A stretch of DNA of 63,290 nt, filler included, from Basidiobolus ranarum (GCA_040143965.1; 9 parts of 9 records of this genome joined end to end with filler, not necessarily neighbours in it), one strand, 5' to 3'; counted from the first letter of the whole stretch, positions 1-14,226 are shown. Made by a program: numbers and translations. Notes: a model not told the origin generated them from the sequence alone.

Positions 1-1664
1 GCCCATGCTTGGGCGTCGCGAACCGCCTAAAAGTCGGTATCGAATAGATCAGCCTTTTAAGAACGCTCTGCATTTCCACCCTCAAGAGCTCCAGATAAGA
101 AAATTCGAACGCCTGTACCTTCCTTGTTTCTATGGGTAAGAGCACCAATACCTGATGTCGCACCAGGACCAAAATCAAGGATATGAGTTACTACAGCATT
201 GGTTGCAGTTTCCCATTGAACGGGTAAAGAACAGATTTGATCGATCAAATCCAAGTTTAGTCTTTCACTTTCTCTTAGATCTTTACCGGAATCGGTAGAA
301 TAGACGGGAATAGCCAAGGATTTCACGTCGAAATTCAAATCATACTTCTCAATATCTTGAGCAAGTAATTCCGAGGCAGCACTAAGGTAATTACTATGGA
401 AAGGAGCTGTAATAGGAAGGAAACGAGAGGAGAACTTGACCTTACGTTCCGAGTGAGGTACACGACCTTGGTCTAAGCCAGTAGGGGCTTTGATCTTTCT
501 AAGGGCCAAATTTAGACCATACAAACTTTGAGGGTGGCCAGTGCAAACAAAATTACGTGGGCCATTAGTCAAGGTCAATTTGATTTGACGTTCTTCGGGT
601 AAATGAGAGTTAGTTGCTTCAATATGTTTGAGAACATCCCCTTTACGAAGACCTGTGATGGACAACATGGGAGTAGGGTTACCCTCATTGTTGGAAATTG
701 AATCTTGTAAAATTGTAGGTGCCAAGGTCGTAGGAGGATAGATTTGATGAGCACGAGTACCAATCCAGAACAGTAAGCCGAGTGCTTTTTGAGAATTTAT
801 GATCAACTCCTCCTCTGTACCTGAAGCAGAGATGGCGACAGCAGAGATGATACCCTGACTGTGACCAGTTGCTCCAGAAATGAGTTTTCTAACTTGATCG
901 GGAGTTTGGTTGAGTACTTTAATCATTATATAGTAATGAAGTAATTGAGTCAATCCAATAAGAGGTAGACTCACAGGAGCAGAGATCAGGTATGTCTGAT
1001 CGGGCTTGGATTCAGGGTTCTCCAACCAGCGAAGAACGTCCAAACCCTTGGTATGAATGATGCGAGCTTCGTCGTCATTGGCGAGATTACGAAGAAGACC
1101 AGCCACCTTCTGAATGAAAGGCCTAGCAAAGCCTTCATAAATGGTAAAGTTTTCGTAAAGCTCATCGAAGTACTCTTCGATGTTTCCTTGTCCACCAAAA
1201 ATGGCAAAGAGAGATGCGCGCTTTTCTTCAGTGGCAGTGAATAAAGCAGATTTGGGGGCAATATTTTTTTCGATTAGGCCCTGGTCGTTCAAAAGAACGT
1301 AAGCTTCGAAGTAAGCTTTTATAACGGCAATTCTGGCCTCATGGACAAGGTTTTTAGTGATAGCGTGAACATCATTAGATTTAAGATACTGTTCTCTGAA
1401 ATGGGAGAATACAACTTGAATCACCGGAAGAAGCTGCAAGTGCTCATCCTTCTTGTTATTTTCGATGGCGTAACTTAAAAACTTGGCAGCCAACTCAATT
1501 ACTGTGAGCTCTTCGGAAGTAGGATCAGTAGGTTTGTAAGTGGCTTGGAAATCTTCACGGATTTGTTCGGCAGAGACCCATATGTCATTGGGAATAAGGA
1601 TGGTAATTTCAGTTTTGCCAAACTTGACAGTCAAAGGACGGAAAGAAACGTTGGAAGCGGTCAT
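1..1664 (-). CDS. FAS1: Fungal fatty acid synthase beta subunit (or beta part of a fused FAS), N-terminal region with acetyltransferase domain; 3'-truncated by the contig end, with two in-frame stops in the last 60 nt
   Basis: Motifs RPLTV, AIFGGQGNIEEYFDEL, YLISAPVSLPLIGLTQL, TGHSQG (AT active Ser), RFLPITAPFHS, HILDFGPG and NKEGTGVR are typical of fungal Fas1. The frame continues past the TAA at 57-59 as KADLFDTDF*AVRDAQAW, resembling yeast KQEIFD...NW. Confidence 0.93.
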
Positions 1665-4600
1665 ATTTACGATTGGAATTTTTTAACACAAATGCAAAGG
1701 ATATGAATGATCACAAAGGTGAAGATGAATGCAAAAAAGATGAAGTGTGGATAGTTGAGGCAAAGGTAGAGGAACAATAAAACACGGAATATCAAGGGAT
1801 ATTTCAAACAGAAGCGAGGTGAGATTCCTTGTCGATATAGCTTTGCCAAAAGGCTTGTGTGTTGAATAGGTTAGGAGGCTGATGGTTTATAAATGATTTC
1901 TTATCCTTGCCCCGAGAAAAATTACTACTGTGTTGGGACCTGATTGATTTGGTTGATTAGCTTATTAGTAGGACGATGCACTTGATTCAATTGCAATAGA
2001 TGGCTTGGAGGTGCTACCTTTAGGGTGTCTACCTTGTGAACTCGAATTTCAAATGAGGAATTTAATTAAATCTTATTATGACCTACCGTCATGTACCAAT
2101 TTACCTCGCCTTGTGTATGCTTGCGATATCTATCTTACCTAAGCTTCGGTATGAGTCGGTTAAGATACCGTTCGTAACCGGTAGGTCAGACTTCATTGGA
2201 TAAGGATCTCCATAAGGAGACATTCGATTGGGAAATTTTTGGGGGGAGGGGCGTGATCACCTCTAAGCGAATCAGCAATCTCCGAGTATTCAGTTGGGAC
2301 TTTTTTTAAGGAATATGGTTGCGATTTAGTATGGAAACAGAATTGAATCGATACAGGGCAAAGCGTGCTCTGCTAGCTTCAATCGTTATTAATAGGTGAT
2401 CTCATACCGACTGCATTTCCCACATTTGTTAGATAAAGCGGATACTAGGTTGCATATGGATATTGAGCTTCACAGCTGCAGATTAACCTTGAGATCAATT
2501 AGCCTATGGATTGTGTGAGAAGCCTTATCTACAAGATATTGCATCGATAGGATGGCTCTATACGCATCTCCCCAAAGCTACAGCCGACCCCACTGATCGC
2601 TGTTCTCTCCAGACACATTGTATGAGTATGATCCCCTAAGCCATTGGCTAGAAATTGACAACAGTGCCATTTTAGCAATAGTGATCATGTAGCAAATCTG
2701 GTCCATTATTCTGTGAATACGTGGTAAAACCAATCTCTCTTAACCGATGATAGGCTGGAGATCCTCACGAGAGAGTGATTCGCTGATCATACTCTGCACT
2801 GCTCACTCCACAGGCCGATAATGGAAGGCAAACCTATCAGGACAACGCTTTCTGTAAATAATAAATCTCTTGGCTTTCTTCCGACCTTGGACGTTGGGGA
2901 TGATAGCTTAGCTTTCTTTATTTAGATAAACAAGACAGGGATGCACACTCTAATGCTAGGCTAAACCATTTCTCTGCCAACTGGCCGTGTATACGACTCA
3001 TCAGTGGCATCATTGTAACGATAACGGTGAGGTGACATAAGGCTATTTGAGCTTAACACCTGTTTAGAGTTGGACTACAGCTACGCTTGACTCTCGACAT
3101 CCGTACACTACGAACTTAAAGAAATGAAGCTTGGATGCCCAATGACTGCTAAAACACCACCGGTCGGACTGCCGATAACAAGAATCAGCTTTAAGATTAA
3201 CGTAAGGATTCATAACAAGCTTTGGGTGGCTTGGAAGCTCTCATGGCGGGATCCGTTGGAGCCATATCAACAAGTTCGCAACCTGCATCCCATTCCACAC
3301 AAACTGGGGCCTCGATAGTGCTATACACTGATTTAGAAATTCACTCGTACGCACAACCAGTGATGCTAGGTAAGGAGGTGATTCATTCTACCTATAGCCC
3401 AAAACCACGATTTTGCACCGCATGCCATCATTTAGTGTTGCGGAGGGGTTATCAGATAGAAATGCAGAGACTATACCTCGGGTAATTATCTCGGAGTGGA
3501 TATGGATTTCATTCTCACGATCCGCATTTATTGGAGATAAGATTCGGAATCCTGCTGCGGGCTCCATCCTTCCAATCACCCAATTCATTTGGTGCTGGAA
3601 AGAAGGGATCCATGCCATTCATTAGCCTTGGGATCAATCTCTTGGATAGATCATTTGTTTCGGCAACAGTCAGAACTATAGAATCGAAATTGATTTAACG
3701 AGAAGGATGCACCTAGCATTTCTGTTGGATAATTCCTAGTAATCGGATGATACCCAGGGGGGAGTATCGTGCATTTCGCAGTGGAAACAGACCAGCCGCG
3801 CATAGACTGATGCTTCGGTGTTTGCGGAGACCCACGGTGCTAGAAATGGAGCTGGCTTGCTACACTTGACGGCCAAATGATCCCGCCAGTTTGCTTGATC
3901 CTTGTTCTACCACTTACCAACACCTAGTTTACTGATCTAACTGCTAGATAGCACATCCGACATTGACTTAGATCTAGATATGACTAGATGGATTATTTCC
4001 AAAAGGGGAGGTACAATTTGAGTCATGGTCATTGGTGAATAGGACCCAACGTGATGTTGGACAAACAGTTAATGTGAGACAGTTGTACCAAGTGCAACCG
4101 CAAGTCCAGTAAAAAAGGAAGCGGGTAGTATTGGGTAATCTACCGAGCGTATCCCTCAAGGCCAAAGCATGGAAATCGCTAATGTGGCTTCTATGCTAGA
4201 GAACTATGTCAGTACTCGGGAACGACCAAGGATGCGAGATTGCACTAGGGTTTTCACTGACAGCATGTAGACGTAAAGGCCACAGATACCTCCTGTCCAT
4301 ACGGTTGCACAAGTTCTTTCATTTTGAGATACTTCCTGAATTATGACCACACAAAGTGTGACATCCAGGTACATTTTGATTGGCCGCACGTGACGAACGT
4401 GACCATGGCTGCAAGCTCTGATAGGTGCAAAGAGGTGTGATGGTAATGATAGGAGATCACTATCTCTCAGGCATTGGATTAGGGGAGCAGATGGAACAGT
4501 GATGATTAATGGGTGGGGAACAGTGTTACGATGGAAATATTCAACATACTTCAAGTAGTGCTTTGATTACATAGAGGCCGAGAACGATCTTCACTCTGAA

Positions 4601-5747
4601 TTTGGATATCCTTAGCTCGCTTACCACCCAACCAGTCATCGGAAACGTGACATGCCGCCCAATAGCCCATCCAACTTCATTTATGATGACCAAATCAACG
4701 TGACCGTCGATCATTGGCAAGTTACTAGTGGCTTCATCTTCCAACTTGAGTAAAAGCTAGTAGCAAAATGCAACATACATAATAACCTTCAAAAGATGCT
4801 ATTTTGAGACCAATTATCCAACTGTAGAGCACGATTTCCAAAAAGTCAACCAATCATCGAACTGTAAGCATGGTTTTCAATCACTCGGCCAATCATCTAA
4901 ATTAGAATCCCATCAGCTAGCAACCCCGTATTTACCCCAGAAAACAATCCCCACTCTCCCATATCTCATTCTCCACAGTCTTCCAACGAGGCATTTGGGG
5001 TTGCTACTGCTAAGATATGAATCCAAATTTCTCGTAGTAAAAAAGCTTTTAAAGTTACTAGTTAGACTTCTACTACACTAAGTGCCGACGGTGATATCCG
5101 AGAGCAATATTCTCCGACTCAAGAAAACCAATAGAAGTTCTGCCATGCAGACGGTTTGTTAAGATATGCTTTAATGCCGGATTTGGTTCATCGGTGTAAC
5201 GGATTGTGGCATAATGCAAAAGGTTTGTTTCAATGCATATGCTTACAGAAATAGACAAACAGATCGAGGTTGTTCAGAAGCCTTGGCCATGGGAAAGACA
5301 ATGCTAGCTATCATTTTATCTGTATAGGACGATACCAGCAACTGTGCATATACTCTTTGCTCCATAACGTCATCAATCATTTATGCAGCAGCTCAATCAG
5401 TTAGTAGGCATAGTAAACCTATATGTAGGCAAGTACATAACATAATGAACTAACTTTCTGTTGAATTATTATGAAGATATTCTGCTGTTTATGTGCTTGG
5501 GATCATTGGTGAGGTGCTAACTTGCTTAATGTTACTAGATATTTTCGAAATCGGTATTGTAGCTTTTGGGAGGTACTGGGGTGAGCAAAATGCTTAACAT
5601 TTCGAAGCATTTCCCCTTATTTTTGTTGTCAAGTATTTGGGATTCATTTGAAGCGTTTTGAATGGTTAGAAATACATGATTAGTACCTTAAGTTTAATTC
5701 AATTGAATAGGTACTGAAGTGTATATTGTAGAAAAGAAACAAGGATA

Positions 5748-6610
5748 TGTTAAAGTATTTGGGAGCCCGTTATAAGTGGCATGAAGAATTAGAGAAATGG
5801 GTGGTTTTCACTTCTTGATTCATTGAGTTGAAAGTTTACATTTATAGTTTTGTCAAGATATAAGCAAACTAACATGTAGAATATGTTAAGGAAAGTCCCA
5901 GGAGCATGTGTGCAAAGTTTTGGGCATTTAGCACAAGTTTGAAAAATTTATATATCCATGAACTTCTAAGTTGGTGTCAATATTTTAAGTCAATTCGAAT
6001 TGAGAATAATGGGTAATATCTTGGTGAAATATAAGATAACTAAATACTAAGCTCTATTTGACTATGTAGGGGCTTAGCCAATGCTGATTTCAACACTCTC
6101 CCTCAACTAAACAGTCATATCTACTAATCCTAATAGAGGTCTAAATTTCTCAAATTTCTGTCTGGCTAATGGTTTGGTTAATATATGAATAATCATGTCT
6201 TGTGTAAAACAATAAGTTGAGTCAATAAACTCATTCTCTATAATCTCTCTAATAAAATGATGTCTAATATCTACATGTTTGCTTCTAGTATGAAACATGG
6301 GATTTCTAGCTAATTTGATACAACTTTGATTATCTTGAAACATTGTAGTTGGTGAATTTTGAGAATGGCCCAATTCTGTTAAGAGTTTTCTTAACCATAT
6401 TGCTTCTTTTGTTGCTTCAGAGGCAGCCATGTATTCTGCCTCTATTGTTGAAAGTGCTATGGTAGGTTGTTTCTTTGGATTTCAAGAAATAGCTCCATTA
6501 TAGCAAAAATATGAGTATCCCATTTTAGATCTCTTGCTTTCAATCTCTCTTCCTCAATTTGCATCCAAATATCCCATCAGATCAAGATTTGATCCAGAAT
6601 GGGTGTATTT
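5748..6610 (-). mobile_element. Ty1/copia family A remnant: RNase H region, PPT and 3' LTR (5748-6095)
   Basis: Minus strand encodes KKQPTIALSTIEAEYMAASEATKEAIWL...DNQSCIKLARNPMFHTRSKHVDIRHHFIRE...ILTKPL. A purine tract (AGTTGAGGGAGAG) directly precedes a TGTTG...TAACA LTR shared with other copies in the window. Confidence 0.9.
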
Positions 6611-6959
6611 TATATTGGGAAAATATGGGCTGTTTGGAGGAACTTTAGAAAAGTGGAGTTGTGAATAGCTTTGTGAGATAATTATTTATTGACCAGAAAT
6701 TAAGCATTTATACATTTTGGTGGAAATACAGAAAACTAACACTGGGGTTGTGTTCAGAACATCTGTGGGAGTAAAATGAGCTATCTTTGGGGCAATTTGG
6801 ACGAGTTTGAAATTTCCAATATGTAATTGCTAATTCTCACATAATTCACATATATATATAATATATGTTCCGATTTGCAGCTAAGTGATATTTGACTAAA
6901 TAATGTTGACTAACTAATATGTGATATATGAAATAGTTAGGTGTATAAAGATAGAGATA

Positions 6960-7059
6960 NNNNNNNNNNNNNNNNNNNNNNNNNNNNNNNNNNNNNNNNN
7001 NNNTTAATTAATTAANNNNNNNNNNNNNNNNNNNNNNNNNNNNNNNNNNNNNNNNNNNN
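6960..7059. other. Artificial contig linker (N44-TTAATTAATTAA-N44); same linker at 14016-14115, 21069-21168, 28117-28216, 35159-35258, 42198-42297, 49234-49333, 56266-56365
   Basis: Identical 100-nt pattern with stops in all six frames. Contig lengths fall monotonically from 6959 to 6925 nt. Confidence 0.98.
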
Positions 7060-9802
7060 CTTGGGTATTCTTTCTCAAATTAAAATCTGAAGCCTTAGCT
7101 ATGTTTGAGCATTACAGAAGTAATGGTAGAGAAAGAGTCATCACAAAAAATAAGGGTACTAAGGAGTGGAGAATACTGCTCTAAAGACGGTGCTAGTTTT
7201 TGTTCTAAACATGAAATTAAACAACAAACTACTGTACTATATTCACCACAGCAAAATGGAGGTGCTGAACATGCTAATAGGACCATAGTGGAGATGGCAA
7301 GATCAATGTTACATGATCAAAAGTTATATTATCAATGTTGGGCTGAAACTGTTTTCACTGCAGTCTATATCAAAAACAAATACTCAAGAATATTGCAACA
7401 AAATCCTACTCCATTTGAAGTTCTAAATGGATCAAAACTGGGTGTGGATCATCACAGGATCTTTAGTGGCACAGCTGAATACCTGATTCCAGCTCAAAAA
7501 CACTCTAAATTGGAACTCAAAAGCAGAAAATGCTTATTTCTTGGTTACTGTGATGGATCTAAGGCCTAGAGACTGTTAGATATCATGCATCATAAGTTAT
7601 TTAAACTCTGAGATGTTATTCTTAATGAAAGAGCATAGCTTTCACCTCAAATCACAGTTCTTGATCCAGAAAACCCAATCAGCACTATTTGGGAAGTTTC
7701 TGCCTAAATTCCAGCTGTATCTGAACCATATTCAACTGGTGTTTCAGTCCTTATTACATCAGAGGATGATTCAGAACCCAGAAGACATTTCAGAAGGAGA
7801 AATATGCCAGGAAACTAGTAGAACACTTCCAATGAAGATGTTTATGCTTGTGCAGCATGGTGTCACAAGCCACAGACTACAGATCAAGATCTGGAGTGTC
7901 CAGAATCAAAATTATGGGAAAAGGCAATGTTAGCTGAGGTTAAATCACTTCAGGACAATTAAACATGGGTTAAAGTCCCCTACCATCAGGGAGAGCCCAA
8001 CAGGTTGCAAATGGGTCCACAAAGTCAAAACCTGAGCTGATGGAACCATAGAAAGGTACAAAGCACAATTAGTTGGAACAGGTTATTCCCACACTCCGGG
8101 AGTTGATTTTAATGAAACATTTGATCCAGTGCTAAGTTTGGCCCTGTTAGATCAATCATAGCAATCTCAGCCATCCATTACCTAGATTTATATCAAATAG
8201 ATGTAAAAATAGCCTTTCTGGAGGTATATCTAGAAGAAAAGATCTATATGGAGTTACTAGATAGATTTGTTGACCCAAAACATTCCGATATGGTTTCAAT
8301 ACTGGGACAGATGGTATATAGATTCAAGCAAGCACCCAGGGCCTGATATGATAAGATAAATACCTGTTTGAGACCACTGGAATTCCTAAACTTCTCAGCA
8401 GATCACAGTTTTCACTTCAAAACAACTGCAACTAGGATCCTTATCTTTGCACTATATGTGGATGACTTGATCATAGCCACAGAGGCTGTAGAAGCACTTA
8501 ATCAGGAAAAATGCAGCTCATTAAACCAATTTCAGATTACTGAAATGGGTGAATTAAGTTATTTTCTTGAAATCCTAATCAAGAGAGATAAAACCAACCA
8601 GAAAATCATGCTGAATCAGTCTAGATACATCCTAGACATCCTAAAACACTTCAACATGGAGATTAGCCAGCCTGTATCAACACCAATGGTTCCCATTCTG
8701 AAATATATCAAATTTACATCCAATTTTGGCCCAAAATGACCCAAATCAAAGCTGGAAGTTCACCTGTGAATTCATGGTGGGCGGTTTATGTATAATATGA
8801 TTCAAACATGTCCCAACATTGCTGTGGCAGTAGGAAAAATCAGCAAATAACTCAGAAATCCAGGAGCAGAGCACAAAACTGCAGTAAAGCAAATGTTCAG
8901 GTATATAAGAGGCACTACAGATCTATTTCAGGAATACTCTGCTACTCCTGATGCTCAAAGTTTTGAAGGCTACAGTGATGAAGACTTGGGAAGAAACCTG
9001 GATGATAGAAGATCAACAATTGAGTACATCTTTCTCTATGGTAATGGTGCATATGACTTGGAATAACAAAAAGCAACCAACCATACAACCTTTCTGTTAC
9101 AGTAGCAGAGTAAATGGTTGCCTCTGCTACTACACAAGAAGCTAGGTGGTTAAGGAAGTTATTTACAGACTTTGGATACATGCAGCAATGTGCTATTACT
9201 GTATTTAAACATAATCAAAGTTGTATTTCATTAGCTAAAAACCCTACATTTCATGCTATAACAAAACATGTAGATATTAGGCATCATGTTGTTAGAGAAG
9301 CAATGGAGAATGATATAATTGAACTTGTCCATGGCCCTACTGAAGAAATGATTGCTGATATCTTGACCAAACCTTTAGGTAAGGAACAATTTGAATAATT
9401 AAGATAAAAGTTAGGTTTGAGATAAATACAAAATAATTAGCTCAGTAGGAATTTTGAAATTAGGTAAATAGCAACTCATAATTTTGTACTTAGTTGGTTC
9501 ATATTCTCATGATTTAGCACTCAATTCTGTCATTCAAAATGTGTGTTTATTGCTCCAATTGATAGATATATTGATTAGATCACTTTTACCAGTTTTCAAT
9601 ATTTTCTCAAAACTTCTCCAAATCACCTCAAATCATCACTTGTGCTTAACAGGCATGTTTGTTATGATCTAAGCACATCCAATAGTCCTACCTCATAGAA
9701 AACTACAAACAGGACATATTTAATTCAATAAAACTTAAGTGTCTAATTCACAAATCCAAATCTTGTCCAATACACTTCCAAATTCCCTAAACACATTATC
9801 AA
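7060..9802 (+). mobile_element. Degenerate Ty1/copia (family B) pol: integrase, reverse transcriptase, RNase H, probable 3' LTR (~9455-9802)
   Basis: Integrase (GEYCS...SPQQNGGAEHANRTIVEMARSML, KLELKSRKCLFLGY), RT (GCKWV, ALYVDDLII) and RNase H (KHVDIRHH...MIADILTKPL) in copia order, with many stops and frameshifts. 9620-9800 resembles 10770-10950. Confidence 0.88.
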
Positions 9803-10685
9803 ATTGTTGCTAAGAGAGCAGTTCTCAGTGAACATATTGAAGCAGAAAAATATATTGATCAGCCCGACAGTTACTTTGTAGAAAGAGAGGATGTAAGTAT
9901 GTAGCTTCAGCAACAACTTTATAGTCTGAAGTAGGCTGATTATACTTGGAATACAAAAACCAGTCATGTCATCATGAAACATATGGAAATCAATTCAGGC
10001 AAGTATTCAAGAGCTTGGGCTTAATCAAATTTTTTGAAAGCTTGAATTTGAACAGTTCTTACTGGTATGAACCCATGAAAAATTTATCATTGGTGGAAAA
10101 GATGTTTAAGGGTATTGATTGGTGATTTTAAAAAAACACACTCCGGTCTACTTTCTGCTCAGAAAAAAGGAGGCTCTGCTATTCTTAGTTATTGTTAAAC
10201 ACCAGTAGAGACTGAGAGTGGAACCAAGGTCACAAAAATACACATTGACATTAGTGGAAATCATGCATTCACACAGTTGAGTTATTTTTGCAAAGTTCAT
10301 GTAATTAAATGCAAAGATTCTGCTCCCTGGGAGATATTGATTTAGGCACTTGCTGCCATATATTGAGCAAGAAAGAGTTGTTTTCTGCTTGCACCTTATC
10401 TCAAGATTGGACAACTCTGCCCTGGAAGCAATTAAAAAAGACATTGTGTATTCATAAAGATCAAATATCAGCTAAACCATATGCAGAATCAATTTATATC
10501 TCCTTGCACTATATATTGCCCAAAATGTTCCAAATCAGACTAAGCAGCAGTCCACAGACTGTTTGTGTGCTAAACCAGGCTAGATACTCTATTACAGATC
10601 AGGAATGTTGATATTACATAAATAATGACTGGGCTTTTAGTAGTTGGTTTTTTATATTTTTAATATTTAGCATTCTATTTTAACA

Positions 10686-12780
10686 TTGAAACATACGTTT
10701 AATGCCCTATTCAAAGATTATAGGACTTGTATCACTTTTACTAATTTTACTAGGTACTCAAAGCTAATCCATATCACCTCATTTGTTACCCATGCTTTAC
10801 CAGCATTTATGCTATGATCTAAGCATGTCCAACTATTCAACATCATATAGATTACAAATAGCATGTATGCATTTAAACACATCTTGACTTTCTAACCGAC
10901 AAATCCTAATTGTGTCCAAGTGGTTCTGAAATCCCCCAGGCACTTTAATTAAGGAATAAACCCCAAGCTTGCACCAAAGGAAAGTCTACCAGTGGCACAT
11001 TTGCTGCAACAGAGAAGTTAGATGTTGAAATTTCTCACCTTTGGAGATTCATGAAGCAAATGGTTCTTGAAGTCAAGGCCCTTTTGGGATTTGGTGCAGG
11101 AGAAAATAGAGCCTAAGGAACCACCAGAAGCTATGCCAGCCTTCAACAAGAGGTAGTGGAAAGGAATCTCTAAGCTATGTCTATATCTCAGACACTCACA
11201 ATTGAGGCACTGAGCAAATTGATCTTAAATGCATGAGCAGCTGAGAGAATATTTTAGACTAAAGGTCTAGCAAACAGACTATATCTTAAATAAAACTGTC
11301 CCCATTTCAGACAATTTCTTGTGATTCAATGGCAATGATATGAATTGAATCCACTCAGGGGCAGCTTAGCTCTAATCCATGGAACCACCTCTCAGCAAAT
11401 ACAACAGAGTTACATAACTACTTGGTGTGACAAATTTTGCCTTCTGCAAAATCAGATGACTTACTATATGTGGTAAATATAACCAATAATCGACTATGGG
11501 TAAGTAAGCAACAGCTCTGTGACTAGCTTTTGTTTTCACCATAACTGTATGAACCATCAAATGATCTCCTAAGATCAAAAGCAACAAAATGCTTTCTGAG
11601 TATGCAAACTTGCCTAACACAGGTGAAGTAAGCTGTCAAACATTGCATAGAAGATTAGGCCACATGGGGAGTAGATATGACCCTCACAATGTAAAATCAA
11701 CTTGTTGCATGTCTGAAATTGCAAACTTCACTTAAGTCAATCTGTACAAAGGTTAAACAGATGGAAAATATCACAGACAGCCATTCTCAGGCTCTGGAGA
11801 GTTCAAATCTACTACAAAGCTTGTTCTGATTCAATCCAACTTAGGTGGTCCTACTAAAAAAGCTCTACTGGGTAGTAAAAGGTTACTACTGGTATTGCTG
11901 ACCTAATATGACAAACATGGGTATTCCTCCTCAAATCAAAGTCTGAAGCCTTAACTACTTTCAAGGACTACAAAGTAATGGTGAAGAGAGGTTCTTCACA
12001 AAGTAAAATGTACCATGGAGTGCTAATGGTGCAAGATACTGCTGTAAATAATTTGCTAGTTTTTGCTTTAAACATGAAATTCAGCAACAAACTACTCTGA
12101 CTAGGACTCCAAAGCAAAACAGAGTTGCAGAATGTTCTAATGTCAACATAGTGGAGACAGCAAGATCAATGCTCCTGGTTAATAGTAAGAATACCAATAG
12201 TGGACTGAGTCTGTTGTCACTGCAGTCTAAATCAAAAATAGTTGCCCAACATGATTATTACAAAACTCTACTCAACACAAAGCACTGTACGGATTTAACC
12301 TTGGTTTGGATCTTCTCAGGATCTTTGGTAGCATTGCATATTGCCTTATTCCACATCATTAATGTTGTGACTTGGATTGCAAAAGTAGTAAGTGCATGTA
12401 TATTAGCAACTGTCATGGATGTAAGGCCAGACTTTATACTACTACAGATCAGAATTTTTTTCAATGCCAAGGTATGATTTTTGAGAAGAAGCATGTTTTT
12501 CACTTCTAATCATGGTTCTTGAACAATACAACTTAAGCAACTCTAGTCTGACAGTGTCTGGCAAAATTCCGGCTCTTTTGTGCCCAATTCAACAAGTAAT
12601 GCAGCTCCAAGTACCTCAAACATTGATTGGCAACCTACAGGTTTATCTAGAAATAGACATAAGCCGGGAAGCCTGTGGAACACATTTGGTGATGATCACA
12701 ATGCTTATGCGGTATTCAGTGCAAATGTTATAAAGCCCAGATCTGCTTCTGGAGAGTTCTATTTATATCTTGTAGGCTGA
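10686..12780 (+). mobile_element. Second degenerate copia family B copy: 5' LTR, decayed PBS, gag, GAG-pre-integrase and integrase remnants
   Basis: LTR-like block similar to 9620-9800, followed by ggaataaaccccaagcttgcac (cf. family A PBS/leader ggttatgagccccaagcttgcac). Also EKLD...WRFM gag-like residues, LHRRLGHM at ~11643 and TPKQNRVAE...VETARSML. Confidence 0.75.
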
Positions 12781-12959
12781 AATAATGTCTAATTATCTTT
12801 GTTCATTCAAGGTCAACAAAACATGGGTTTTGGGTCAAGTAACATTGTCACATCAATCAGAGTCAAACCCAGGAATATACAGAATTTTTCCCTTTGGAGC
12901 CAGTAGGACCATTTTGAAGATAGGGAATTGATTTCATTGGAAAACTATTCACTCCCAGA

Positions 12960-14015
12960 ATCCCTAACAAAAATAAAATTAATTTGATCTGGATTAGATC
13001 CACCATTCTAGATTGCAAAACCATTGGAGAACCATCATATTATTGGTGGCTTGCATTCTGCCAGGGATTGTCATGGTGAGATAGCAGTTTCTTAATGGTA
13101 TTCGTACATCACTTGCATTATTCAATTTTTGGCAATTTTGCAAAAATCTAATTTTCAAATGGCCAATAGCTGAATTGACTGCTGTAGGAATAAGAATTTA
13201 TAAGCATGCCTTATTTAGAAATTTTAGGCTTTGTACCCCAGTCATAATGAGAATCAAAAGATACAAGAATCTTGTTGTGTTTAGTCTCTACATATCCACA
13301 TACTTGACTGATTAGACATAACTCAACAACATCAATATGCAATATCAGCAAACTACCAGTGGAAAAATTGCTAAACATCTGAATTTTCAATAGTACTGAA
13401 ACTTAGCAAACAGCTGACTCTTGTTGCTGTTTGCAATGAGAATAAGTTCTTTCATTTTGGCAAATTTTTGTAAAGAATCCAGCCAAAATATCTCTGACTT
13501 CCATTCAACAAATGCCCAACCATAAGTAGATGTGTCATTGCTTTAATAGATTATCCCATGGCTAAAATGATAATGCTGCATATCTTGATCTATCTCATCA
13601 AGAAGTCTCTCTTGCAGCTTTCCTAAAAGTACCATCTGGTTATCACACAAATAAATTAGTCCAAATTTTAGAGGTACTTACTCTGTGTCCAAGGATTGGG
13701 TTTGGTTACTGTTATTGTGCTCAAACAATGCACAAATCCATGAGCACATTGAAAAGAGCCCTTTGTTGGCAGATTAATATACTCTGGAGTCTCTTTAACC
13801 CATTGCATTACATCCATCACTGATTTTGCTGATGTATTTGTGATCAGATTAGTATATGGTAATACTGACAATTTCACAAGGAGCATCATTTCACCACAGG
13901 TGCAATCAGTCAGGAACTCCCAGAGTGTATAGCAAGGGCCTATAATCTCTAAGCATTGCAAAAGATGCAGCAGGGAATGTATGGAATACTGGCATAGATT
14001 CAGTCTATCTTCTTA
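12960..14015. repeat. Unclassified dispersed repeat, inverted homolog of ~50140-51215
   Basis: Collinear diverged similarity, e.g. ggtggcttgcattctgcca (~13044) vs tggcagaatgcaagccacc (~51114), and cattacatccatcactgattttgctga (~13806) vs tcagcaaaatcagcgatggatgtaatg (~50297). Confidence 0.75.
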
Positions 14016-14115
14016 NNNNNNNNNNNNNNNNNNNNNNNNNNNNNNNNNNNNNNNNNNNNTTAATTAATTAANNNNNNNNNNNNNNNNNNNNNNNNNNNNN
14101 NNNNNNNNNNNNNNN

Positions 14116-14226
14116 CTAAGTAAATTCTGATTGAGAATAATTGATAATATCTTAGTGAATTATAAGATAACTAATTACTAAGTTATATATGACTATATAG
14201 GTGTTTAGGCAATGCTAATTTCAACA
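14116..14226 (-). mobile_element. Partial copia family A LTR (its TG end), inserted in opposite orientation into the RNase H of another copy
   Basis: Matches 5985-6095 and ends ...atgctaatttcaaca. It directly abuts plus-strand KQPIIALTTTEAEY coding sequence. Confidence 0.85.

Noticed and set aside
2970-3010. Minus-strand CTGATGA plus hairpin as a hammerhead ribozyme
   Set aside because: The stem is followed by CAGT rather than GAAA, and there is no stem III or cleavage triplet.
2000-5300. Short ORFs in moderately GC-rich DNA upstream of FAS1
   Set aside because: No recognisable motifs and frequent stops. Possibly ancient TE or pseudogene debris, but unsupported.
7004-7015. TTAATTAATTAA palindrome recurring every ~7 kb
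   Set aside because: Artificial linker inside N runs. The periodicity reflects size-sorted contigs.
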